This document shows positions 8,576 to 19,990 of a stretch of DNA of 64,000 nucleotides, in pieces. Origin of the DNA: Bacilli bacterium (GTDB lineage Bacteria > Bacillota_I > Bacilli_A > RF39 > UBA660); the NCBI GenBank assembly GCA_017528315.1, contig JAFXOW010000059.1, positions 91,382-155,381 of the forward strand. Direction: 5' to 3'. The notes under the pieces were generated by a model. The model was not told where the DNA came from and searched no databases. It saw nothing but the letters and a program-made list of their open reading frames with translations. Position 1 is the stretch's first letter; the number at the start of each line of letters is the position of its first letter. The translations under genes and the position numbers were made by a program.

Positions 8576-11176
8576 ATGGACAAAATAGTATTAATTGATG
8601 GTAATAATTTAGTATTTAGAAGTTATTTTGCAACAGCTTATTCTGGTACTATTATGAAAAATTCTAAAGGATTTCCTACTAATGCTTTATATGGACTTAT
8701 AAATATGATTAATAAAATTATAAGTGAAGAAAATCCGACTCATATAATGATAGCTTTTGATGTTGGTAAAACTTTTAGACATGATAAATATCAAGATTAT
8801 AAAGCTGGAAGAAGCGATACTCCTAATGAATTAAAAGAACAATTATTGAAAACTCGAGAAGTTGTTGAATCCATGGGAATTAAATATTTTGGTATTCCTA
8901 ACTATGAAGCAGATGATATAATTGGAACATTTGCCAAATATGTTGAAAAAAGAGATGATTTAACTGGTGTTATTATTAGCAGTGATAAAGATTTAATTCA
9001 ATTAATAAGTGATAAAGTTACTATGAAAGTTTTAAAAAGTAATGATTATATCATGATGGATAAAGCTAAATTCAAAGAAATATATGGTCTTTTAGATCCT
9101 AAGAGAATGATAGATTTAAAAAGTTTGATGGGAGATTCAAGTGATAATATTCCTGGAGTTAAAGGAATAGGTGAAAAAACAGCTATATCTTTGCTTCAAA
9201 AATATGAAACCTTAGATGGTGTATATGAAAATATAGATAACACCTCCAAAAGTGTAAAGTCAAAACTGGAAATAGATAGAGAAAAAGCCTATATGAGTTA
9301 TGATTTAGCAACTATTTATACTGATGTTCCAATAGATATCAATTTAAATGAAATAGAATACCATGGACCAAATATTAAAGAATATACTAAAATATTAAAT
9401 GAATTAGAATTTTATTCTATTTTAAAAAAAATTGCCATACCAGAAGATTCAAAATCAAAGGAAATAAATTATAAAATTATAGATAATCTAGAAGAATTAA
9501 AATTATCAGAACCATATAGTATATATTTAGAAATAGTTGGTTATAATTATCATACATCTATTCCAATTGGCATTAGTATTACAGATAAAAATGGAAGTTT
9601 CTATATACCATTTGAATTACTTAAGGATACAGATATATTCATGGACAATAAACAAAAATATACTTATGACTTAAAAAAACTTTTATATGTTTTTGATAAA
9701 TATAATATTAAAATAGATAAAAAAATAGATGATGTAATGCTAATATCTTATTTACTTAATAAAAATATTAAGACAGATATTGCAGTTTTAGCTAATACAT
9801 ATGATTATGATATTAAATTTTATGATAAACTATTTGGAAGTGAAATAACTATTAAGATGCCAACAAATAATGGCTATATAAAAGATGTTATATTAAAATC
9901 AATTTTTCTTTATAAAGAATATGATAATCTTTATAAGGAACTAGAACAAGAAGAGTTAATTAATTTTTATAAAGAAATTGAACTGCCTTTAACATATGTT
10001 TTAAAGAAAATGGAAGAGAATGGTTTTAAAGTTGATCTAAAGTATTTTAAAAAATTTGGGATGGAACTGGATATTAAAATTCAGAATTTAGAAAATAAAA
10101 TATATGAATTAGCTGGTGAAGAATTTAATCTTTTATCAACCAAGAAATTAGGAATTATTCTGTTTGATAAATTAGCTATTCCTTATCCAAAAAAGGTTAA
10201 AGAAGGATATTCAACAAGTAAAGAAATACTAGAAAAATTAAGGGATAAGCATGAAATTATAAATTTAATATTAGAATATCGAAGACTTATAAAAATTAAA
10301 TCAACTTATGTAACTAGTTTAATTGATGAAGTATATTCTGATGGAAAAATTCATACTATTTACAATCAAACATTAACTAAAACGGGAAGACTTTCGAGTG
10401 AAAGACCAAATCTTCAAAATATACCAATTCGAGATGATCTAGGTAAACTTATTAGAAAAGGATTTATACCTGAAGCTAAAACTAATAAAATTGCTTCTTG
10501 TGATTATTCTCAAATAGAACTTCGCGTATTTGCATCTATTTCAAAGGCAATTGATATGTGTGATGCTTTTAAAAATAATATTGATATTCATAGTAAAACA
10601 GCTAGTGAAATTTTTCACGTACCTATTGATAAAGTTACCTCTACTATGAGAAGTCGAGCTAAAGCAGTTAACTTTGGAATCCTTTATGGAATATCAAGCT
10701 TTGGTTTATCCGAGGATTTGGGAATTAATATTGAAGAAGCCAAGAATTTTATTAATGATTATTTGGAAACATTTCCTAGTATTAAAGAATATCGAAATAA
10801 AACAATAAGTGATGCCTACAAGAATGGTTATGTTAAAACGTTAATGAATAGAAAAAGAGTTATTGATGAAATAAAAAATAAAAATTATATGATAAGACAA
10901 AGTGGAGAGAGAATGGCTTTAAATGCTCCAGTTCAGGGAACAGCAGCTGATATTATGAAAAAAGCTATGATTGAAATAGATTACAAAATGGAAGAATTAG
11001 GGTTAAAAAGTAAAATGTTAGTTCAAGTTCATGATGAATTAGTTTTTGATGTTGTAAAAGAAGAAGAAAAAACTTTAAAAGATATAGTAATAGATATAAT
11101 GAAAAATGCCTATAAACTAGATGTACCTCTTGACGTATCTTATGAAATAGGAGATAATTGGTATGATGCAAAGTAA
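8576..11176 (+). CDS. polA: DNA polymerase I
   Basis: 5'-3' exonuclease N-terminus (LIDGNNLVFRSYFA, GVKGIGEKTA). Pol A-family motifs A (CDYSQIELRVFA), B (RSRAKAVNFGILYG) and C (LVQVHDELVFD) are present. ATG 8576 is preferred over GTG 8570. Confidence 0.92.
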   Translation: MDKIVLIDGNNLVFRSYFATAYSGTIMKNSKGFPTNALYGLINMINKIISEENPTHIMIAFDVGKTFRHDKYQDYKAGRSDTPNELKEQLLKTREVVESMGIKYFGIPNYEADDIIGTFAKYVEKRDDLTGVIISSDKDLIQLISDKVTMKVLKSNDYIMMDKAKFKEIYGLLDPKRMIDLKSLMGDSSDNIPGVKGIGEKTAISLLQKYETLDGVYENIDNTSKSVKSKLEIDREKAYMSYDLATIYTDVPIDINLNEIEYHGPNIKEYTKILNELEFYSILKKIAIPEDSKSKEINYKIIDNLEELKLSEPYSIYLEIVGYNYHTSIPIGISITDKNGSFYIPFELLKDTDIFMDNKQKYTYDLKKLLYVFDKYNIKIDKKIDDVMLISYLLNKNIKTDIAVLANTYDYDIKFYDKLFGSEITIKMPTNNGYIKDVILKSIFLYKEYDNLYKELEQEELINFYKEIELPLTYVLKKMEENGFKVDLKYFKKFGMELDIKIQNLENKIYELAGEEFNLLSTKKLGIILFDKLAIPYPKKVKEGYSTSKEILEKLRDKHEIINLILEYRRLIKIKSTYVTSLIDEVYSDGKIHTIYNQTLTKTGRLSSERPNLQNIPIRDDLGKLIRKGFIPEAKTNKIASCDYSQIELRVFASISKAIDMCDAFKNNIDIHSKTASEIFHVPIDKVTSTMRSRAKAVNFGILYGISSFGLSEDLGINIEEAKNFINDYLETFPSIKEYRNKTISDAYKNGYVKTLMNRKRVIDEIKNKNYMIRQSGERMALNAPVQGTAADIMKKAMIEIDYKMEELGLKSKMLVQVHDELVFDVVKEEEKTLKDIVIDIMKNAYKLDVPLDVSYEIGDNWYDAK

Positions 11177-11187
11177 AGGAGAATTAT

Positions 11188-11640
11188 ATGGAAAGTATTA
11201 AATTATTAAAAGAATTAGAAAGTTTAAGATTAACGAGAAATAATATTAGTAATTTGGATATATCTTTACAAGAAAAGGAAATCTTAAGAAAAAGTTTAAA
11301 TTATTATGAAAATATGCTTTATTTAGATATTACGAGAAATAATAATAATTTAGAAGAATTTATGGAACATGATATTGAAAGTAATAATCAATATGTTTCT
11401 ATTCCAAAAGATGATAATGTTTTAAAATACCAGGAATACGTTAAAATTGATGATTGTAAGGAAACGGAAATTATTAATAATTTAATCAATGATTTAATTA
11501 CTATAGATATAGATAAAGATAGTATTGTAATAATATTAAAATCATTAAAAGAATATTCTTTATATTTAGAACAAGTAGATAGAATGCAAAAAAGTAATAA
11601 AGAAATATATAAGGAAGTAATAGGTACAAAAGGCAAATAA
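11188..11640 (+). CDS. Hypothetical protein (150 aa)
   Basis: ORF with SD GGAGAA upstream. No motif recognised. Confidence 0.45.
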   Translation: MESIKLLKELESLRLTRNNISNLDISLQEKEILRKSLNYYENMLYLDITRNNNNLEEFMEHDIESNNQYVSIPKDDNVLKYQEYVKIDDCKETEIINNLINDLITIDIDKDSIVIILKSLKEYSLYLEQVDRMQKSNKEIYKEVIGTKGK

Positions 11641-11670
11641 CAGCGTGTAAAATTTGTGTAAATAAAATAA

Positions 11671-11699
11671 GGTTTGAAAAGTTTGTTTCAAATCTTTTT
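11671..11699 (+). terminator. Intrinsic terminator
   Basis: Stem GGTTTGAAA (11671-11679) / TTTCAAATC (11686-11694) with one G-U pair, followed by TTTTT. Confidence 0.6.
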
Positions 11700-11869
11700 C
11701 TTTTAAAAATGAAAAATTTACTAAAGTAATTTATAATATTAAAAATCTAATAAAAATAAAAAGTCAATTTTTAATTAAATTTCTTAATTTGACAAATAAA
11801 TTTAGAAGAAGTTATAGTAACCATTAATGGGAATTATTATAGTTTAATTTAAGAAAGGGAAGATTTTAT

Positions 11870-12777
11870 ATGAATTACTATAATGAAATAAAGAATAAAT
11901 TAATTAATAATGAATTATATAAGAAAGTAAAAGATTATTCTAAAAATAGAAATGATTTAAATACCTATTATGAAGTAGGTAAATTGTTGGTTGAAGCTCA
12001 AGGTGGTGAATCAAGAGCTAAATATGGAGATGGTTTAATTAAAGAGTATTCTAAAAATTAACTTTAGAATTAAATAGAGGATATACAACAACTAGATTAA
12101 GATATATGAGAAGATTTTACCTTGTTTTCTCAAAATGTCCGACGATGTCGGATATTTTGAGTTATTCACATTATTGCGAGCTTATATGGTTTGATGAAAT
12201 TAATAAAATTAATTATTATATAAATATAAGCATTAATCAACATTTATCTGTTAGAGAACTAAGACAAAAAATAAAATTAAATGAGTATGAAAGATTACCA
12301 GAAGATACTAAAGATAAGTTAGTTGCTCATGAAGAAGTAGTAGTATCTGATTTTATAAAGAATCCAATTGTTATTAAAAATAAGTTTAATACTGATGAAA
12401 TATCAGAAAAAATGTTAAAGACTTTGATACTTGAGGATATATCAAGTTTTATGAAAGAGTTAGGTAATGGATTTAGTTTTATAAATTCAGAATATAAAAT
12501 AAAAATAGGAAATAATTACAATTATATAGACTTATTGCTATTTAACTATATATATAATTATTTTGTTGTAATTGAATTAAAAGTATCAGAATTAAAGAAA
12601 GAATATATAGGACAAATAGAAGTTTATATGAATTATATTGATCAAAATATAAAGAAAGTTAATCAAGATAAAACGATTGGAATTGTTATTACTAAAAAAG
12701 ATAACAAATATATTATGTCTTATTGTAGTGATAAACGTATATTTAATACTAATTATAAATTAGAGGGAGTAATATAA
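11870..12777 (+). pseudogene. YhcG-type PD-(D/E)XK nuclease (DUF1016 family), split by a 1-nt frameshift in an A5 run
   Basis: ORF 11870..12061 (...GKLLVEAQGGESRAKYGDGLIKEYSKN*) continues in the adjacent frame from 12055 as KLTLELNRGYTTTRLRYMRRFY..., as in intact DUF1016 proteins. The C-terminus has the nuclease core IDLLLF...VVIELK. One extra A at 12053-12057 would restore a single ORF. Confidence 0.7.
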
Positions 12778-12860
12778 CATTACATTTTGGATATTAAATT
12801 TTTAATACTAGTTATTTTATAAAAAATATGATAACATATAAAAGTGATTTGGAGGTAAGT

Positions 12861-14474
12861 ATGATAACTGTAAGCGATGTAACTTTAAGATTTGGAACGA
12901 AAACTTTATTTAAAGATGTTAATTTAAAATTTATAAATAATGAATGTTATGGGATTGTAGGAGCGAATGGAGCAGGTAAAAGTACTTTTTTAAAATTATT
13001 AAGTGGGGAAATAGAAACAACTCATGGAAGTATTATTATACCTAAGAATGAAAGAGTATCTATTTTAGAACAAGATCATTATAAATATGATGAAGAAACA
13101 GCAATAGATGTAGTTATCATGGGTAATAAAAAGTTATATGATATAAGAGAAGAAAAAAATAGATTATATGAGAAAGTGGAGTTTACAGAACAAGATGGTA
13201 TAAAATTAGGAGAACTTGAAGCCGAATTTTTAGAGATGAATGGATGGGATTCGGAAACGGATGCTTCCAAATTGCTTGCTAATTTAGGAATTAGTAATAA
13301 TTATCATTATTTAAAGATGAAAGAATTAGAAAATAATGATAAAGTAAAAGTGTTACTGGCTAAAAGTTTATTTCAAAATCCAGATATTTTACTTCTTGAT
13401 GAACCTACTAATAACTTAGATTATGATGCTGTAAATTGGCTATCAGAGTTTATCATTAATTATCCCAATTGTGTTATTGTTGTTAGTCATGATAGACATT
13501 TCTTAAATAATGTTTGTACTAATATTGTTGATATTGATTATGGTAGAATGACTTTATATAAAGGAAATTATGATTTTTTTGTAGAATCAAATGAGTTGAT
13601 GCAAAAACAAATAAAAGATGCTAATAAAAAACGAGAAGAAAAGATAAAAGAATTAAAAGACTTTATTGCACGTTTTAGTGCTAATGCTTCGAAAAGTAAA
13701 CAAGCAACATCAAGAAAAAAGATACTTGATAGTATAGTTTTAGAGGAATTAGTTCCCTCTAGTAGAAAGTATCCCTATATTGATTTTAAATTTGAAAAGG
13801 GAAATGCGAAAGAAGTATTAAATGTATCTAATTTAACAGTAGAACTTGATGGCGAAAAGTTATTAAATAAAATATCATTTACCATTTTAAAAGGAGATAA
13901 AGTTGCTATACTTGGAAATAATATTCAAAAAACTTTACTTTTTGATATATTAACTAAGAAGCTGAAATATACTAAAGGTGAAATTAAATTTTGTGTTAAT
14001 GCGAAAGTTTCTTATTTTGAAAGTGATAATACCGAATATTTTAAATGTAATGAAACAATTCTAGAATGGATTTCGAAATTTAAAAAAATAGATGATGAAG
14101 AAGTGCTTCGAGGATTTCTTGGACGTATGTTGTTTTCTGGAGATGATGTAAAAAAGAAAGTTTTAGTTTTATCAGGAGGAGAAAAAGCACGTTTAATGTT
14201 TTCGAAGATGATGCTTGAAGAACCTAATTTTTTAATTTTAGATGAACCTACTAATCACTTAGATTTAGAGAGTATTACTTCTTTAAATAAAGGTATGGAA
14301 AGATTTCAGGGAGAAATTATATTTACAAGTGGGGATTATGAACTTAATAATCGAGTTAGTAATCGTATAATTGAAATTCTTGATGATGGAACTATAATTG
14401 ATAAAAGATGTTCTTATGAAGATTATTTAAATGATCCAAAGATTAAAGAGTTAAGAAATAAAATTAATAAATAA
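12861..14474 (+). CDS. ABC-F family ATPase (two tandem ABC domains, no TM domain)
   Basis: NBD1 has GANGAGKST and LLLDEPTNNLD. The linker is charged. NBD2 has LSGGEKARL and LILDEPTNHLD but a shortened P-loop (GNNIQKT). The start at MITVSD follows GGAGG. Confidence 0.85.
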   Translation: MITVSDVTLRFGTKTLFKDVNLKFINNECYGIVGANGAGKSTFLKLLSGEIETTHGSIIIPKNERVSILEQDHYKYDEETAIDVVIMGNKKLYDIREEKNRLYEKVEFTEQDGIKLGELEAEFLEMNGWDSETDASKLLANLGISNNYHYLKMKELENNDKVKVLLAKSLFQNPDILLLDEPTNNLDYDAVNWLSEFIINYPNCVIVVSHDRHFLNNVCTNIVDIDYGRMTLYKGNYDFFVESNELMQKQIKDANKKREEKIKELKDFIARFSANASKSKQATSRKKILDSIVLEELVPSSRKYPYIDFKFEKGNAKEVLNVSNLTVELDGEKLLNKISFTILKGDKVAILGNNIQKTLLFDILTKKLKYTKGEIKFCVNAKVSYFESDNTEYFKCNETILEWISKFKKIDDEEVLRGFLGRMLFSGDDVKKKVLVLSGGEKARLMFSKMMLEEPNFLILDEPTNHLDLESITSLNKGMERFQGEIIFTSGDYELNNRVSNRIIEILDDGTIIDKRCSYEDYLNDPKIKELRNKINK

Positions 14475-14544
14475 TATAGATAATCTTATATTTTTGATGT
14501 ATAATTAATTTAAGAAATAAATATAAACATAAAGAGGTGACGTG

Positions 14545-15501
14545 ATGAATAAAAAAGTTGTGGTTTTAGGAGGCGGAACAGGTCTTTCAACTTTACTAAA
14601 GGGCTTAAAAAAATTTCCAGTTGATATTACAGCTATCGTTTCCGTCTGCGATGATGGTAAGTCAACAGGAAGACTTCGAGAAGAATTTAATCAAGTAGCT
14701 GTAGGTGATATAAGAAGAGTATTGGTTGCAATGTCTGAAACCGAAGATAGATTAGATGAAATTTTAAATTATCGTTTTCAAACTACCAGTGATTTAGATG
14801 GTCATACTGTAGGTAATTTATTATTAACAGCAGCAGCTAATATAAAGGGCAATATGAGTAAAGGTATAAAAAGCCTTGCTAAAGTATTAAATTTAAAAGG
14901 ACGAGTAATACCACTCTCTGAAGATAATGAAATAACTTTAATGGCCAGAACCACTGATGGATGCATAATTGAAGGAGAACATAATATAACTGAAGCTCAT
15001 AAAAAACTTGATAAAGTTTATTATAAAAAGGAACCTAAAGTAAGTCATGACGCAATTAAAGCAATAATGGATGCAGATTTAATCGTTCTTAGTATGGGAA
15101 GTATTTATACGAGTATTATTCCTAATTTAATATGTAAGGAAATTATAGATGCTATTGATAAATCAAAAGCTAATTTGATGTATGTTTGTAATATAGTAAC
15201 CCAACCAGGAGAAACTGATGATTTTAAAGCTAGTGATCATATCAATTTATTAAATAGTTATTTGGGTAAGAAAAAAATCGAAGTTGGAGTCTTTAATAAA
15301 GAAAAAATGGATCCCGAATTGGTTTTAAAATATGAGACTGAAGAACAAAAAGATCCCGTTATTCTTGATAAAGAAAATTTATGCGATATAGAAATTATAG
15401 AAGATGATTTAATTGAAAGCGAAACAGGAGTATTTAGACATGATGCAATAAGACTTGGAGTTATAATTTTAGAATATTTGTTAAATCAAAAAAAGAGGTA
15501 A
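14545..15501 (+). CDS. yvcK: YvcK/GlmR-family protein (UPF0052, CofD-like)
   Basis: The N-terminal VVLGGGTGLSTLLKGLK motif and overall length match the YvcK family. Confidence 0.85.
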   Translation: MNKKVVVLGGGTGLSTLLKGLKKFPVDITAIVSVCDDGKSTGRLREEFNQVAVGDIRRVLVAMSETEDRLDEILNYRFQTTSDLDGHTVGNLLLTAAANIKGNMSKGIKSLAKVLNLKGRVIPLSEDNEITLMARTTDGCIIEGEHNITEAHKKLDKVYYKKEPKVSHDAIKAIMDADLIVLSMGSIYTSIIPNLICKEIIDAIDKSKANLMYVCNIVTQPGETDDFKASDHINLLNSYLGKKKIEVGVFNKEKMDPELVLKYETEEQKDPVILDKENLCDIEIIEDDLIESETGVFRHDAIRLGVIILEYLLNQKKR

Positions 15502-15504
15502 TAT

Positions 15505-15975
15505 ATGAAAAAGTTAGGTAAAATTATTTTAGTATTAGGAATTTGTTTATCTATGGTTGGAATTAGTTATATAGTAACTAAGTATTTGGATAAAAATATG
15601 TATTTAAATACTAATCTTTTAGTAACATTTGAAGATAATAAAGAATTTAATTTAGAAAGTCTTGATGTATTAAATAAAGAAGAAGCTAGAGAAGTATATC
15701 CTAATAAATTTACTATAGAAAATAGGAGCTTGAAAAGTGTTAAATACAATGTAATATTAAAAGAAATTGAGACAAATATTAATAAAGAGAACTTAAGTTA
15801 TATTTTATATTTAAATGATAAAGAAGTTAAAAGTGGTAAAGTATCAGAAATCAATGAAGTTTTATATACTAAAGAAATAGGATTGAAGAAAACTGATGAA
15901 TATAAATTATATCTTTATTTAACCGAAAAAGAAACAGATGCTAAATATAATTATAAAATAGAAATAGATTCATAG
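15505..15975 (+). CDS. Hypothetical membrane-anchored protein (156 aa)
   Basis: ORF with an N-terminal TM/signal anchor (ILVLGICLSMVGISYIV). No motif recognised. Confidence 0.5.
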   Translation: MKKLGKIILVLGICLSMVGISYIVTKYLDKNMYLNTNLLVTFEDNKEFNLESLDVLNKEEAREVYPNKFTIENRSLKSVKYNVILKEIETNINKENLSYILYLNDKEVKSGKVSEINEVLYTKEIGLKKTDEYKLYLYLTEKETDAKYNYKIEIDS

Positions 15976-15982
15976 GTGATAT

Positions 15983-16651
15983 ATGAAATCAAAACTTGAA
16001 AAAGCCATAGGAGATGGGAATATTGTTATACCTTTATATATTTTAAAATCTTTTAAAAAGTTAAAGGTTACAATGGATGAATTTATATTTTTAATGTATT
16101 TATATAATAAACAAGATAAAATAGATTTTAATCCTGAAAAAATTGCAAGGGATATGAATTTAGATATTATGGAAGTAATGGGGTATATATCAGTTTTATC
16201 TGATAAAGGCTTTTTAACTCTTGATGTTATAAAGGACAATAATCAATTATCAGAAGTAATTAATTTATCTTTATTTTATGAAAAAATTAGTATGTTATTA
16301 ATGGAAAAAGAAGAAGTTAAAAACGATAAAACTAAAATAATTAAATATATTGAAGAAGAACTTGGAAGAATGCTTAGTTCAATTGAAATTGAAACAGTAA
16401 ATAGTTGGATTCAAAATGAAATAAATGAAGATTTAATTAAAGAAGGAGTTAGAATAGCAATTAATGATGGAGTATTTAGTTTAAAATATATAGATAGAAT
16501 AATATTTGATTTTAAAAATAGAGGAATAAAAACTGTAGATGAATTAAAAAAATCTTATGAGGATAGTAATAAACAAGAAAATAATATAGAAATGCCTGAA
16601 CTTGATGATTGGAATTGGTTAGATGATGAAGAAGAATATATTACTAATTAG
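15983..16651 (+). CDS. dnaD: DnaD-domain replication initiation/membrane attachment protein
   Basis: The C-terminal DnaB_2/DnaD repeat pattern is present (IEEELGRMLSSIEIETVNSW...GVFSLKYIDRIIFDFKNRGIKT). The conserved dnaD-nth adjacency known from Bacillus supports the call. Confidence 0.75.
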   Translation: MKSKLEKAIGDGNIVIPLYILKSFKKLKVTMDEFIFLMYLYNKQDKIDFNPEKIARDMNLDIMEVMGYISVLSDKGFLTLDVIKDNNQLSEVINLSLFYEKISMLLMEKEEVKNDKTKIIKYIEEELGRMLSSIEIETVNSWIQNEINEDLIKEGVRIAINDGVFSLKYIDRIIFDFKNRGIKTVDELKKSYEDSNKQENNIEMPELDDWNWLDDEEEYITN

Positions 16652-17264
16652 AAACTATTTAGATGAATTATATGAAAATCCTCGATGTGAACTTGAATAT
16701 AATAATGATTATGAATTACTAATTGCTGTAATGTTATCAGCTCAAACTACCGATAAAAGTGTTAATAAAGTAACTAAAATACTATTTTCTAAATACAATA
16801 GTTTAGATAGTTTAGCAAGTGCTGATATTAATGATTTAAAAGAAATAATTAGACCAATAGGTAATTTTAATAAAAAATCATTAAATATTATTAATATTGC
16901 AAGAAGTTTATTAGATAATTTTGGAGGAATTGTTCCTAAAACTCACGAGGGATTAGAATGTCTAAGTGGGGTTGGAAGAAAAACAGCTAATGTAATTTTA
17001 GGAGAACTTTATAATATTCCATCACTTGCAGTTGATACTCATGTTTTAAGAGTATCAAATAGATTAGGATTAGCTAATACAAAAGATGTTTTAGAAGTAG
17101 AAAAAAAATTAAAAAAATCTTTTCCAAAAGAATCTTGGGTAAAGGTTCATAAGCAATTAGTTTTATTTGGAAGATACAATTGTAAAGCTATTAAACCAGA
17201 TTGTAATAATTGTAAACTACAAGATATTTGTAAACATAATAAGAAATTAACTAAAGTATCTTAA
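16623..17264 (+). CDS. nth: Endonuclease III
   Basis: HhH-GPD segment LSGVGRKTANVILGE, catalytic VDTHV region, and a C-terminal 4Fe-4S cluster loop CKAIKPDCNNCKLQDIC. Confidence 0.92.
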   Translation: MMKKNILLIRNYLDELYENPRCELEYNNDYELLIAVMLSAQTTDKSVNKVTKILFSKYNSLDSLASADINDLKEIIRPIGNFNKKSLNIINIARSLLDNFGGIVPKTHEGLECLSGVGRKTANVILGELYNIPSLAVDTHVLRVSNRLGLANTKDVLEVEKKLKKSFPKESWVKVHKQLVLFGRYNCKAIKPDCNNCKLQDICKHNKKLTKVS

Positions 17265-17395
17265 AAGAAAATAAAAATAAAGTTTTAAATTACTTTATTT
17301 TTTACTATTTTTTTCTTTTCTTTTGTCTAATTAATTGATTTAAAATTGATTTTTTAATATAATTATCATGTACCTGATAATTATAATCAAAATAA

Positions 17396-19285
<1,890 letters not shown>

Positions 19286-19293
<8 letters not shown>

Positions 19294-19990
19294 TAAAAAT
19301 ATAGATACAATTTTTTATAATTCTAATCATCAACTAGAAAAGCTTAATAACTATTATTATCTTAATGAAGGTCAATGTGGAGTTATTTATAGAAAAGATA
19401 ATCAAGTTTTAAAAATTTATCGTTTAAAATGTCCATATGCTTATCGAATCAATCGCCAAGTATTTAATATATTAAAAGAATTAAATCTAAATAATATTGT
19501 TAAATTAAATGATTATTATCATTTCTTTAAATCTAGTATTTTATCAATGTTACCAGTTGATGCTTATATAATGGAGTATATAGAACCAAGTAAATCATTA
19601 ATATTAGATAAATCTAAAGATTATATTTTATTTATAATTAAATCTTTAGAAGAAACTAGTTTAAAACTTGCCCAAAATAAAATAGTAATGTATGACAGTC
19701 ATTATTCTAATATTATTTTTACCGATAATAATGCTATTATAATAGACGTAGATTCTTATCAATATAGTTATTTTAAATCAGTTAATAGTATTTATTTACA
19801 TAATAAAAAAGAAGTATTAAAAATGTTTAAAAGTAAAATTATTAATGAATTAAAAGATAAAGATTTAGATATAGATAGAATAAATGATTTATTAAATTTT
19901 GATTTAAGAAAAAGTAGTCTTGTTAGTAATATTAAAAATTTGTGTGATAAAGATACTTTACAAGATAGTTTAATTAATAAAATGAAATAA
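19286..19990 (+). CDS. Protein-kinase-like fold protein (atypical, function unknown)
   Basis: Kinase-like elements occur in order: G-loop-like GQCGVIY, VLKIY (VAIK-like Lys), YDSHYSNIIF (catalytic-loop D..N) and IIIDVDS (DFG-like). It overlaps the PPIase stop by 8 nt. Confidence 0.45.

Noticed and set aside
10965-11171. 68-aa minus-strand ORF inside polA; the same situation applies to 11388-11636, 13079-13270, 15567-15749, 15970-16239 and 19792-19998
   Set aside because: These are antisense shadow ORFs fully embedded in longer, motif-supported plus-strand genes. They have L/F/S/I-rich low-complexity translations typical of AT-rich antisense frames and no ribosome-binding sites.
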